Below the pieces are notes generated by a model. The model searched no databases. It had not been told where the DNA came from and saw nothing but the letters and a program-made list of their open reading frames with translations. Below are positions 12,236 to 25,099 of a stretch of DNA of 64,000 nt, piece by piece. Position 1 is the first letter of the stretch. Every line of letters begins with the position of its first letter. The translations under genes and the position numbers were made by a program. The stretch lies in contig NC_043008.1 in the NCBI RefSeq assembly GCF_006345805.1, positions 17,980,001 through 18,044,000 of the forward strand. Reading direction: 5' to 3'. The DNA comes from Octopus sinensis (taxonomy: Eukaryota).

Positions 12236-13586
12236 TAGAAGTGTAATTTAGGATTTCCCAGTTTTCTGTGAATCAGTTTTGATAAAACTTTTCCCAATTG
12301 CTTTGCACACTACGGCAACACTATTGTGGTTATGTTTTCATTATTCAGTGTAACATCCTTTTTTTATTTCAGATTCTTCAGTTTTGGGGCGAAACACACT
12401 AAAGCTTTTCAATGAAAAGAACCCATCTAGATTTTTTCTTTTTTTCAGAAAATGAAGAGTAATAATGCATATTGAACATACATTGGGTTTATATTTAACA
12501 GAAAGCTATAATAGTATTATATCATTTGTTGACATAATGAATTATTTGGCCAATTCCTTGGCCACATGAGCGCCAAGGAATTTCCAAGATTGTGACAGCT
12601 AGGAATTTAAGTAATATTGACAGCATGTTACGTGGTAGACCTGGATAAACAAGCAAAGCCATTTTCACCGCTTCCGGACTTCCTCATGTACGAAAAACCA
12701 CGAGAAATCGCATCCTCGGAACCTTGGCTTCCGTGCAAGAACCCCTGAAACTGCCTCCTCACAGGAGTTTGAGGCTTCAACTGGGTCAAAAGTAGATATG
12801 AGTTTTGTTCTGTTCACTGACGAAACCAGGGCGACTCTTGACGAAACTGACGGTTTGGTAAATAGTTGGGTCTATTTTGGAGATGAGCGTCACCAACCTT
12901 TACGACGTCAACAACAGAGTGGGGTAGTCATGTTGTGGGCTGGTATCACTGGGGACAGACTTGTTGACCTTGTCAGGGTGCCTGAAGAGGTGTAAGTGAG
13001 CACAGCCGCCTACTGCAGTTTCCTGAAGGTCTTGGATTCCTGGATAGATGACATACCTCTGTCACTTCTAAGGAAGCTCGGATTCATTCCTGGCAATGCT
13101 TCCTCCCACTCTCCTATGACGAACCAAACATCCCTAGAGCCTTACAGCATTCAGGGTGAGAGATTGATGGTGTAGCCGCTAGCATCTCCGGATATCAACC
13201 TGACTGAAAATCTTTTGTCCATCATTAAACAAAATGCTTATGCCAATGGACGCCAGTTTACCACGAAAGATGTGTTATGGGTAGCCATCAATAAATGATA
13301 TTATATTATTATGATTTTCTGTCAAATATACTCTCAATGTATGCTTAATATGTATCATTACCCATTATTTTCTGAAGGATAAGAAATGCCAAGATGGGCT
13401 ATTTTCATTCAAAAGCTATTAGCGCAGTTCACCCCAAAACTGAACAATTTGAAATAAACAAGAAAAGACGTTACACAGAATGATGGAGACAGAACAATGG
13501 TGTTGCCATAGTGTGCAAACCAGCTTAGAAATGTTTGATCAAAATCGATTCTCAGAAAACCGAGAAATCCTAAATTTCACTCCTTA
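12236..13586 (+). mobile_element. Decayed Tc1-like transposon with ~195-bp TIRs
   Basis: Diverged inverted repeats at 12236-12430 and 13392-13586 (e.g. atttaggattt and ttgcacacta.ggcaacac in both arms) enclose transposase remnants. Confidence 0.8.
12620..13290 (+). pseudogene. Tc1-family transposase pseudogene
   Basis: VLFTDE, VMLWAGI, FIPGNASSH (a QDNAP.H equivalent) and SPDINLTENL motifs, with stops and frameshifts. Confidence 0.85.
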
Positions 13587-13617
13587 GCCATTAGCGTGGT
13601 CCTGAGTATATATGTCT

Positions 13618-13825
13618 ATATGTGTGTGTGTGTGTCTTTGTGCCTGCGTCTGTCATCCCACCATCGCTTGACAACGTCTCCGTAACCCAGCGGTTCAGCA
13701 AAAGACACCTGCAGAAGTACTAGGCTTACTAAGTCCTGGTATACATTTCTTAGACTAAAACCCTCCAAGGCAGTGCTTCAGCTTTGCCGCAGTCAAATGA
13801 CTGAAACAAGTAAAAGAATAAAAGG
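13618..13825 (+). mobile_element. SINE family B tail
   Basis: 3' half homology. Confidence 0.75.
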
Positions 13826-14170
13826 ATATATATAAATGTGTATACGTACATTTATTTTTGTACGTACGTCCATACGCGCGCGCACAAGCACACACACATA
13901 TACACACATATTTGTGCAGCAAGAAGTGTTGGTGTGGACACCCTACTACTTGAACTCCTCAACTTTTTCAAGTAGTTCTCTCGACAGGGTTGTGTAAATC
14001 CAGGGTTGCTGACAAGTTGCCTCAAGAAGGCAGATATCATCTGCAAATGCAAGTTCTGCAAGCAGTTCTGCTGGGTAGCGTGGACTCCAACAATACATAC
14101 ACATATATATACATACACATACATACATGCATACATACTTACATACATACATACATACATGCATACATAC

Positions 14171-14403
14171 CTATTTCTTTACTACCCACAAGGGGCTAAA
14201 CACAGAGAGGAAAAACAAGGACAGACAAACGGATTAAGTCGATTATATCGACCCCAGTGCGTAACTGGCACTTTATTTATCGACCCCGAAAGGATGAAAG
14301 GCGAAGTCGACCTCGGCGGAATTTGAACTCAGAACGTAACGGCAGAAGAAATACGGCTAAGGATTTCGCCCGGCGTGCTAACGCTTCTGCCAGCTCACCG
14401 CCT
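14171..14403 (-). mobile_element. SINE family A
   Basis: Near-full reverse copy of 2369-2600. Confidence 0.85.
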
Positions 14404-14862
14404 TGTATACATGCATACATACATTACTGTACAGAAGTATCATATATGAAATGTAAAGTGTAAACTTGAAGAGTAAGCGCTTTAATAAACAATTTGTGTT
14501 GCTGTGAAATTTTCTATTTCACGCCAGCACTTGTTTGATCATCTTCTAACGCCTGCGTTTGGATCGGGATCTCATTTTCATCGTTAAATAAACTGTAGAT
14601 TTTAACAAGTTACTGCTGAAACCCAATTTGTATATAATGGAGTTGGTTTCTTTAAACTAGGTAACAGCGCACTAGCTGGCAACGTAAACAAATGAATTAC
14701 TATAAGCACTACCTTGCGATTTTTAAGTGTAATAGAGAAGAAATGCGTTTATTCACACTTTGAAAAGTAGATTTTGAAGGTACGCAAAATGTGTTTCCTT
14801 TAGTAGTCAGCCAATGAAATCACTCATGTATTATGTTGAGTCAAATGTTTTGCAATGTTTTA

Positions 14863-15210
14863 GTTACTCCACCGAGGTCGACTTTGCCTCCCCATAAATT
14901 TCTGCCTTGTGCCTAGAGTAGAAATATTTTGGTTACTCCACCGAGGTTGACTGCCTTTCATCCTTTCGGGGTCGATAAATTAAGTACCAGTTGCGTACTG
15001 GGGTCGATATAATCGACTAGCCCCTCCCCCAAAATTTCGGAACTTGTGCTTAGAGTAGAAAAGAATATTTTGGTTACTCCACCGAGGTCGACTTTGCCTT
15101 TCATCTTTTCAGGGTCGATAAATTAAGTGCCAGTTGCGTACAGGGATATAATCGACTTGCCCCACCTCCCAAAAAAATTTCGGGCCTTGTGCCTAGAGTA
15201 GAAAAGAATA
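14863..15210 (+). repeat. Three tandem 3' halves of SINE family A
   Basis: Units start ttactccaccgaggt at ~14863, 14933 and 15073. Confidence 0.8.
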
Positions 15211-15404
15211 TTTTTGGTAACTTATTTCATTTATTCGTCAATTCACAACAAAAGTAGCTTAGCATTTAAAGTAAAATCCATCGTGTTGTACAGTCTGAAG
15301 CCATCGTTCTGTTAGTCCTTTGATCCCAAGCTGATAGCAGTTCTTGTTCAAACAAAGAACTCCTTCACTGAAGTTTCGACCTTCCGAACCTGTTGTCAAA
15401 CATG

Positions 15405-15860
15405 GCTGTTTCGAACTCAAGGTGATGCTCTGCGCCTGGTGGAACTATTGAGGAAGCACAATAGAGGAAAGAAATCATTACGAGTTCGTTACGGATGGTT
15501 GAACCATCAATGCTAATCTGTACCCCGAACAGCTGAAGTGGATCTATACCCATGAACCGTGCCGCAACAATACCCGCAATGCTTAACAGAAAGCGAGCTA
15601 TGCAGCTGCAAGAAAATGCAAGACCTCATATTTCTCGAATGATCAGGAATAAACTCACGGAGCCAAAAGGAATTGAGCTGATGCCACACCCAGCATATAG
15701 CCCGGCACTAGCTCTTTTGAATTATTACTTGTTTTGATCCATGGTTCACTTTCTTTGCTCGCGGCGCTTCGTCAGCCAAAAAGTAGTTGAAGAAGAACTG
15801 ACATCTGCGTTGGATCAAAAAACTGGGAGGAGATAAAGGCAACTTCAGACCGTACAACAC
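15405..15860 (+). pseudogene. mariner transposase pseudogene fragment
   Basis: KVMLCAWW, TINANLY.EQL, QENARPH and HPAYSPALA..NYYLF motifs with multiple lesions; no TIRs recognised. Confidence 0.8.
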
Positions 15861-16090
15861 GATGGCTTTTACTCTGAAGGCTAAGCTACTTTTGTAGTAA
15901 TTTGAAGAATAATGCAAATAAGTTACCAAAACACTGCAAGACGTTTTGCCTCAACACAGTATATTATTCATTTAGCCCACATCCCAGATCAGTTTCTAGT
16001 TACTCTCCACAGAAGCAAAATAAATTGTTGCTAAAGGCGATTTATAAATCGAATGCCTTCCCGTTTTCTTTTTTTTTAATTTTTAGTCTT

Positions 16091-16395
16091 ATCTTTATAT
16101 ATAAAAGTGAATTTGTGTGAGAGTCTGTCTACTCCGATTTAGATTCCTAACTACTCCCACATTTTGCAGTGCAGTTTAACCAAAAGCGGGTATCTTATAG
16201 TCGTGATTCATATCGAGCCCTTCTATGTATTAGCGCGCGTCTACGATGAGTCTACGATTTAAAAAAAAATTACCATCATTTTTCCGCATTTTTAATGCAT
16301 TATTTGCTCGGTTTATATAAGGGAAGTAACTCTCTAAAAATGCTTATATAGTTATTTCCCTTACAAACCCGAGCAACGCCGGGCGATACTGCTAG
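16091..16395 (-). mobile_element. Helitron-like non-autonomous repeat
   Basis: Starts ctagcagtatcgcccggcgttgctcggg (short hairpin) and ends ttttatatataaagat; 5' ~70 bp shared with 63067-63448. Class assigned by resemblance of termini only. Confidence 0.55.
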
Positions 16396-17484
16396 CGTTT
16401 ACTAAAAATGTACGTGGCTTTTGCGGAGTGGTTGCTTGCCTCTGGGTCAAAACATACAATTACAGATGAAATACACACTCAAAGCGTTGCCTCACGGTAA
16501 TCTCATAATAAATGCATATACACTCTAATACACACACACACACACACACACATATTCTTTGTTTTAGGCTTGCTAAGGATAAATGCATTTTCTCCTGCCA
16601 GTTCCCGCAAAATAAATGCCGTTATAGATAGTGACCCTTCGGAATTATTTGGCTATCCTGATACAGTATACTTTGCTATACTGATATAGTGTTTAAAAAA
16701 ATGGAGTTACTGTTCAAGAAGTATAACAAAATATCCTTGAGTTTCCTTATGAATTTGCACTCAATACCAGGCAGATGAAAATACCTGTGTTTTATGGAGA
16801 AAATCCAAATCAAAATGGTATAACTTAAATTGCTTGAGACAGTCGAATTGTCGCTGCAGTCTAAGCTCCCTTTCTGCTGACATTGCTGAATTTGATCCTT
16901 AATTAAGTCACTAAATATTTTCAATCTGACAATTTTGGCAATGGATATCCATAGATTATAGATAGCTGTATATATTTAACTGCATATTTGAAAGCGTTCG
17001 AATACCTTTTAAAGAAGATTGACAGATAAATTGTAATGGTATAAAAGAAGTCTCAATTATTAACCTGTTCTATTGTATTGACTAGAAAATTAAAATCAGA
17101 TTCTCAATAAAATGTGACATCTCCGCAGACATTTCAGAACATCGAGAAGAAAAGTAAACTATAGTGCTTTTAAGAATTCCAAGAAGAAAGCAAATGATGT
17201 AGCGCTTATTTTATTCGATATATCGTATGTAATTTCCGGAACAAATCTACGACAGGAAAATAACGTTCACGTGTAAGTAACTAAATATATATTAACTGCA
17301 ACATGGAATTCAAAATCAATTCACTAAATATATGGTTATATTATCGATTAAATGAGAAACTGTTGGATTGTAGAATCAAACGCCAGAAAAAGAAATACCT
17401 TCTTGTATTGAAGTCTATATTTTTCTATATTAAAGTCTCAGCGCGACGTTCACATTTATTTTTTCGTTATCGACGAAGCGTGAA

Positions 17485-17935
17485 GGTGGCTGGCGAGTTG
17501 GCAGAATTGTTAGCACGCTGGACGAAATGCATAGCGATATACCGCCCGTCGCTACGTTCTGAGTTCAAATTCCGCCCAGGTCGACTTTGCCTTTCATTTT
17601 TTCGGGGTCGATAAAATAAGTACCAGTTGTACGCTGAGGTCGATGTAATCGACTCGTCACCACCTCCCCCAAGCTGTCCTTGTGGAAAAAAAATTGAAAT
17701 AATTATTTAAGGTGGTAAGCTGGCAGAATCGATAGTACACCGGGCGAAAAGCTTAGGAGTATTTCGTCTGCCGCTAGGTTCTAAGTTCCAATTCCGCCGA
17801 GGTCGACTTTGTCTTTCATCCTTTCGGCATCGATAAATTAAGTACCAGTGAAACGTGAAACACTGGGGTCGATGTAATCGATTATCCACCTCCACGAAAT
17901 TTCAGGCCTTGTGCCTATAGTAGAAAGGGTTATTG
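17485..17935 (+). mobile_element. Two adjacent SINE family A copies
   Basis: Heads at ~17485 and 17711, each with a B box and the family body. Confidence 0.82.
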
Positions 17936-18014
17936 AAGAAGGGTTAATATAATCGACTAGCAGTCCAACGAAACATATCACATTCTGCTTGTTATATATA
18001 TATGTATATGTATG

Positions 18015-18051
<37 letters not shown>

Positions 18052-19430
18052 TTTATCGGGAGTGTCTTTGCACACATTTTTACAGAAATCTTTTGAATGT
18101 AATGGGAATTTTTTCTTTTTAAATTTGTTGGGGGGATAATATTAAGTAGAACAGGGTCTGTTGAGGAAAAGATATTGTGTCGTTATGCACTTAAGTGTTG
18201 TGAAGATAAACTGTGTAGGAGGCGCGTACCGAATATACTCTCAAGGGTTTGATCAACCCAGGGCTATATTAAAAGATACCCAACCAAGCTGCCACGCAGT
18301 GGGATTGATCCCGGAACAACTCATCCACAACAGCGCCTTCGCAAATATTCTCACTATGCCTTGATTTCCGTGTTTTTTTTTAGTGAAGCATGGTGATAAA
18401 CTAAATGCTATATACGCTTCTAAAATAGATATTGCTTATAACCTGCAACTATGTGTTTTGTGGCAATTTATTGTCTTCTTTATCCCTAAGACAATTATTC
18501 TATCCTGACAATACAAAAAATACAGACACACACACACATTCACACAGATGCTGCTTATCTAAAGGACCTACAGTGATATCATTCCATTTCAGTGAGTTTC
18601 GAGATGATCGTCTGAAGCACATCTTTAGACGGAAAGTAGCTTCCGAATGAATGGTGTACGCATCCATAAATATTCACAGGGCATTTAATAAATAGTCTGG
18701 TATGACTGGCGCCAATACTACAGCTGCTGTTGTGCCTACGTTTGTATGCGTATTTCTTTTTTGATTCTTGGGTTTAGTTTTGTCTAATGTATTTCTTTTG
18801 GATTTATGAGTTTTGTTTTATAGCGGGGTTTAGTGTGTGTATGTGTGTGCGAATGTCCGTATGCTGTGAATGTGGTTCTATGATGTTATGCTGCGTGGGT
18901 TATTTGGTACGAGTGTGAGGGAGTATGATTGTGGGGGTGTAATGAGTTTAGAAGTGCATGCGTATACGTTTGGTTGTATGCGTGTGTATGCATATATTTA
19001 CGTGGTTTTGCTTTCGCGTGCGTAGGAGTATGGACAAAGCAGATAACAGTAGGGTATTGTACGAAGTGACTAATGTGAGAGGAAATAGATTCTACGAGAC
19101 AATTGAAGTTTTTGTGACTGCTTTTCATTGAGGCTTCATATTATACTTCCCGGATGTGCGTATTTGCAGTATTTGCACCTACGTGCATGTGAATTTTGGG
19201 GTAGGTTACAGTATATGCATTCGAGTAACCAAATTATTCGTAATTTGTTATCTTACTTTATGTGCACGTATTTGTGAATGCACATCCAGCGTGTACACAA
19301 ATAGCAACGCACCAGAATCAGGCCTTTTCCTCTTATTATGTAAATAATTTTGTTTTCTTTGCTTATTTTTCTGGTAAAGATACAACAGTTATAACTAAAA
19401 AGACTTATCTGTTCGCCTTATGAACTAGGC

Positions 19431-19490
19431 CAGGATTTCTCAACGGGGTCCATATAAGATGTTGTGGGGTCGACGGATGGGATCTAGTTT
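19431..19490 (+). mobile_element. hAT MITE 5' end (same family as 23558-24157)
   Basis: caggatttctcaacggggtccatataagat matches the start of the 23558 element. Confidence 0.6.
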
Positions 19491-19516
19491 TTTTCCATTC
19501 TCAAAATCTGCACTTC

Positions 19517-19943
19517 GGATCTTTTCGGTTTGACCGGCAGTTTTTTAAAATAATTTCCACGTATCTAAACACTTTTAAACTTCGTATACTGGTAGAATGT
19601 GTTTATAAAACAACTTTTTCTCTTGGTTTTATTGAGAAAACTCTATAGTTTGTAAGATATTTGTAGTTTTTTCTTCAATTTCAACCAATCAATGACGTCT
19701 ATTGAGGTGAAAACATTCTGTGCCGTATGAATATGTCCCTCGTTTAAGAAACAGATTGGGTTTATTTACATTTCTGAAGAAAAAAAGATACCCTTCCCAC
19801 CACCCTTAACCCTAACTAACCCTAATTCTAGCCCTAACCCTAAAACAGATTGAAATGCAATAGATCGATACTAGGGTCATAATTATGGGTGGCAATTTCA
19901 TATGACACCGCTAGAAAAAACTGCCGGTCAAACCGAAAGTTCC
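19517..19943. mobile_element. MITE with internal (TAACCC)n
   Basis: TIRs tttcggtttgaccggcagttttt (19523-45) and aaaaactgccggtcaaaccgaaa (19916-38); telomere-like repeats at 19805-19843. Confidence 0.75.
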
Positions 19944-20756
19944 TGCACTTCTTTGAAAGACAGTAAAAAAAGTCTGAAAATTGGTTTAAATAGTAAAGAT
20001 TTCCAGTCTAATTGCTACGAAGGTATGATGGTGTGGAGAAAACAAATAGGAAGAAAAAGTTACAGAGCTTTAAAAATTAAAAAAATTGTGTATTCTTAGC
20101 CAATAGCGAGACAGAAATTTTCGGCGTTTAGCAGAGCGGTGTCAACTTTAAGACTGTACCTTGTGAAATTTATGGCTTTGCGTCTGTGAAATGACCTCTT
20201 CATTGTAGGTTTCTAAATAAACAGAAATACCTAATAAAATCATATGTATCATCTTACTGTTTCTTTTGTCTCTTCATTGATTTTAGGTTTTTTATTATTT
20301 TTTTTAATTTGTCATATCAATATATTTGTCTGCATGTGTTTATTTTATGCGTATTTCACTATTATGTATACCTGTCATATATTTGTGTACATCATTAATA
20401 TATGTGTGTGTGTCTCCAAAACTTCACAGTTTAGTAACGTTTTCCTGTTTGTAAACTACGATAAGAATAACACTGGTCAAAAATTTGTCCCAAGATACTT
20501 GTATCTTATATGTTTTTGCATGAAGAATTCAAAATTATCTGTACTAAGTTCACATATTCCATTTACCTTCATAATGCCAAGAAACTGTATTCATATCGCA
20601 AATAACTTTTGCTATAAATGAAAAATATGTAAAATATTATGACAATTGACGCAGAATATCTATAATAAAATTCTAATTGATAAATATAATTTTTTATTAA
20701 AACAAAACACGCGGGTGAAGTAACTCTCGTAGTGTAAAGAATCAACACAAGCGTGT

Positions 20757-21324
20757 TGTAACAAAACACTTTTAAACTTCGGACACTGGTAGAATGTGTC
20801 ATATAAAACATGTTGCACTCTTAGAATATTTGAGAAAAAACTTATATTTACTAAGATATTTCACCTTAAAGTTCTTGTATTTCGGTAATTTCAACAAATA
20901 AAATGACGTGTATTCAACAAGAAATTCCGGCGGTGTATATTTCGTTTGTCGCTGTTATGTCAACCCTAACCCTAACCCTAAAACCCTAACTCTAACCTAT
21001 AACCCTAACACTAAAACCTTAAAACCAGTACAAACGCACGAACGATGTCATAAATAACAATGACAAAGGAAAAATTCACCACCGATAGTTGTTGTTGACA
21101 AACAACGGCAGTCATTTTATTCAGTTGAATACACGTCATTGATTGGTTGAAATTATCGAAATACGAGAACTTTAAGGTGAAATATTTTCGTAAATATAAT
21201 TTTTTATCAAAAATGGTAAGAGTAAAACATATTTTACATGATACATTCTACCAGTGTCCGAAGTTTGAAAGTGTTTAGTTACAAAAAATTATTTTTTAAA
21301 TCTGTAGGTCAAAGGTAAAGATCC
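20757..21324. mobile_element. Related MITE with ~160-bp inverted arms and central (TAACCC)n
   Basis: Arms 20757-20920 and 21125-21283. The terminus ...tgtaggtcaaaggtaaagatcc resembles the TIR of 19517-19943; shared aacacttttaaacttcg..actggtagaatgtgt. Confidence 0.75.
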
Positions 21325-21354
21325 AAGATCTGATTTTTTAAACATCGTATCACT

Positions 21355-21428
21355 GTGAGGGTCAACACGAGTAAAATAAGACTCAAAGAGCTCTATAGGT
21401 AAAAAAAAGAAAGTGGTTAAGAACTCTG
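21355..21428 (+). mobile_element. hAT MITE 3' end (same family)
   Basis: ctataggtaaaaaaaagaaagtggttaagaactctg followed by GTCTAGAC, a typical Charlie-type target. Confidence 0.6.
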
Positions 21429-21844
21429 GTCTAGACGGACAAACTGTATAAGGTGTTGCCTTGGAGGGGGAGAGATATGCGCGAGCATGATTAATGAATA
21501 ATATCCAAAAGATATGAGTTTTGAAACACGTTGCTATTCTTCTCTCTAGCCCGGTGACAAAACCTCAACAAATAAAATTTTGACAAAGAGAGATTCGAAA
21601 AGTTACGATCGTGCTATTCTTTGTGTTTTGAGATATTCTACCTTGGATTGGTGTATTTAATGTACGCATCATATTTCAGGTTAAATAATTGTTATTTGTA
21701 TTTTTGCTATATTTTGTAAAATGTGTAAAGAGGAAAGTAACAGTTTCGATATTATTCTACCTTCACCGCACAGGGAACTTTTCTTTTTAATTAAATTAAT
21801 TAATTAATTTCTGCAGGAACATTGCATAAAATTATTTGGTCTTA

Positions 21845-22102
21845 ATGTACATTATTTACATTTGACGGATGTTTGTCTTCATCTTGTTTGTTGTTAACAC
21901 AACACTTCAGCTGATATATCCTCCAGCCTTCATCAGGTGTCTTGGGGAAATTTCGAACCTGGGTTCTCATTCCTAAGGTATTTTTCGGTGTTATTCTTCG
22001 TCTTATTATTGTTATTACTATTATATTCAGGTCACTGCCTGGAATCGAACTCGGAATCTTGGAGTTAGTAGCCCTCGCTCTGAACCACTATGTCACGGGC
22101 AT
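21845..22102 (-). mobile_element. tRNA-headed SINE family D with HHR tail (minus copy)
   Basis: Head tgacatagtggttcagagcg...ctactaac...gagttcgattcc (A and B boxes); tail homologous to 22097-22386. Confidence 0.85.
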
Positions 22103-22386
22103 ATGACATAGTGGTTAAGAGCGCGAGTTACTAACCCCAAGATTCCAAGTTCGATTCCAAGCAGTGACCTGACTAATAATAATAATAATAATAATAATAA
22201 TGATGATGATGACATCGAAAAATACCTTAGGAATGAGAACACAGGTTCGAAATTTCCCTAAGACACCTGATGAAAGCTAGAGGGTATATCAGCCGAAACG
22301 TTGTGTTAACAACAAACAAGATGAGGACAAATATCCGTCAAATGTAAATAATGTACATAATTCATCATCTCTTAAATATAGAACTG
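22097..22386 (+). mobile_element. tRNA-headed SINE family D with HHR tail (plus copy)
   Basis: A box TGACATAGTGG, B box AGTTCGATTCC, (AAT)n spacer, tail with CTGATGA...GAAACGTT. Confidence 0.85.
22262..22307 (+). ncRNA. Minimal type I hammerhead-like motif in the SINE D tail
   Basis: GACAC-CTGATGA-a-(ggctg/cagcc consensus across three copies)-GAAA-CG-TT-GTGTT; palindromic ACGT helix III. This copy has helix II substitutions. Confidence 0.62.
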
Positions 22387-23557
22387 TATTGGTCTTAAGG
22401 GTTATAATAATGACGCCAGCATGTTTCGAACCAGTACCACACGTTTGTGACGCCAGTGGTGATGATTTTGCACTTAAGGAAAATGAAAGGTGAACATCAA
22501 CTTTTATCCGATACGACTTCAGCAAGTATCGAAACCTCATTGGTCTGCTTGTATTTACTAACTTTTACTTACTACAGCAAACGAAATGTGATGAGATACG
22601 TTTCAAAATATATCTGTTTTTGCTACTAAATTTTCAAAGACTTGCACCAACTTGTTAAGGTTGAATTAAGCAACTCCAGGCAGGTGTTATACGTAATTGA
22701 AATGGTTATAGAATAAAGGGAGTTACGGCATCGATAACATGCTGATGTATTGATGAAAGAAAGATGAAAGTCCTGCTTGCGTGTAACTCAGCTGTTAACA
22801 GATGTGCGGCCATTGACAACTATAGAACAAAGTTCACAATAGTGAATCAAAGCTAGGAAATTAAATTTATCTTTAGTGTTTATTCCTCTCATCACATATG
22901 TTATTCAGAATTATCTCTTTACGATCTTCACAAATACGTGTAGTATTTATAATGAACTCTGGGTAGATATTTACTAATACCTCATCTAAATCTGTTTTGA
23001 ATATCTCGTATCTATTTTTGCTTGTCTATATTTTTCAATGCACTTTGACGAAGTACGTCTAAGTTATTTGCGAGTGGACGGGAGAGGAGAGGAGTTTATT
23101 AAATCCACCCCAGTAATGTACTAGTAGTTGTAGTAATAGTTATTTTATAGATTGAGTATGCCTGCGAATAAATGGTATTTGTTGCGATTTGCACTTAGAA
23201 GGTGGTAGGTGAGGGTTTCTTACTGCCAGTCTGAAAACTCAATCTTTCCTGCATAATTTACATAATATTGATTTCTAACTTCGATGAAAGAACACACACT
23301 AAACTTAGTGGAAAGAAGAATTTCACCATAAATAACAAAGTACTTGACTGGACTTTATTTCATCGACGTCGAAGGCTAAATGCAAACTAAGCTCGGTGTA
23401 ACTTGACTTAATATGACAAAGGTCCGTAAGAAGACACCCCACAGCATTATGTTCTATGCTATCAATTCTACACCTTAACTACACTTATTAATCCAAACCA
23501 CCTTCGTAATATTCTCATGAGCCGGGGGTTTTAAAAGCAGGCTTTGGCATTCTAAAA

Positions 23558-24157
23558 CAGTAGTTTTCAACCGGGGTCTATATGTCCCATGAGCATGAGG
23601 GTCCATATAAGATTTTTGGGAATAGTAAATCGGGGATCCACAATATTATTTTAAGGGCCCTGAAAAACATTTGCTTTAGATGTATGTATTGGTATCTATT
23701 GCGAGAAGCGGTTAGGAATTTTTTTCCTCTAGCATTTTATATAGATCAACCTACACAAGTTAATGTGTAGAAAACAAAATAGAAATTTTGAAAGAAATTT
23801 CTATAAAACTAGTTTTTAGACATAGAATGACTAGGGATGTCCACCGGAATAAAATATTAATCGAGAGCTGTCTACGCAATTTTAAATTGGGGATCCACAA
23901 TAGAATTGTAAGGGTCCCTGAAAAAATGTTGCTTCAGATGTATGTATTGGTGTGTATTGGAAGAAACTGCTAAGTTTCTTTCTCTAATATTTTTACATAG
24001 ATCACCTACACGAGTTGATGTGTGAAAAAAAAAATAGGAATTTTATAAGATTCTATAAATTTAGTTTTTAAACATCGAATGTCTATGGGTATCCACCAGA
24101 ATAAAATAATAATCAAAGGGATCCATAGGTAAAAAGAAAAGTGGTTGTATAACCCTG
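23558..24157 (+). mobile_element. hAT (Charlie-like) MITE with 8-bp TSD
   Basis: TSD TTCTAAAA at 23550-57 and 24158-65; termini cagtagttttcaacc and ggttgtataaccctg; internal ~250-bp tandem duplication. Confidence 0.85.
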
Positions 24158-24683
24158 TTCTAAAAGAAGAAACCAACTATTCCTTAAATCACACTCTACC
24201 AAATTTAAAAGTGAAGTACAGCACACTGGATAATGTAATTCTAGGTTCCTAAAATGACTCGACGCAGATACACGTAGGGTAGTTATTAGGGTGATTCTTG
24301 GGCGATGCGTTGTGTTCTTCATCAAATCCACCCACCCGGCAACGATGAATAATCGTGCGATGGACTGACGTCTCGTCCAGGAGATAGGAAATATAAGTCA
24401 CAGAATCTTGGAAAACGGCTTTATGGGTCCATCGCTCGAAAAGGATATTTGATGCCATTTTATAAAAACTCTATAATTAAGGAGGAATTCTTTGGATCAT
24501 TGGTCAGCTCGCACAGGGTTTACCTGATATGAACTATTAAACAGCAGGATATTCCCACGATAGAATAAGTACCAGACTTTTTTTTAAAAAAAGGACTGGG
24601 GTTGATTTCTTCGACTAAAATACTTCAACACAATGCCCTAAAAAGACACCAGTCAAATGATTGATACAAGGAAATGAAAGTTG

Positions 24684-24684
24684 T

Positions 24685-24719
<35 letters not shown>

Positions 24720-24729
24720 CATACATAAG

Positions 24730-24761
<32 letters not shown>

Positions 24762-25030
24762 AATACATATATATTCATACATACATATATATATATACAT
24801 ACATATATACATATATATACATATACATACATATATATATACATATAGATACATATATATATACATATAGATACATATATATATATACATATAGATACAT
24901 ATATATATACATATAGATACATATAAATATTCATATAGATACATATATATATATACATATAGATACATATATACATGTATATATACATGTACATACATAT
25001 ATATAAATAGATATATACATACATATACTT
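24684..25030. repeat. AT-rich compound microsatellite
   Basis: Direct reading. Confidence 0.95.
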
Positions 25031-25099
25031 ATAAGAAGGAAGAGACGGGTTTCCACACAGTTTCCATTTACCAACTTCACACACAAGACATTATTTTTC

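Noticed and set aside
16676-16924. 82-aa ORF or decayed transposase
   Set aside because: No recognisable motif in any frame.
19805-21025. True telomere or chromosome-fusion site
   Set aside because: TAACCC runs are short, degenerate and enclosed by MITE inverted repeats.
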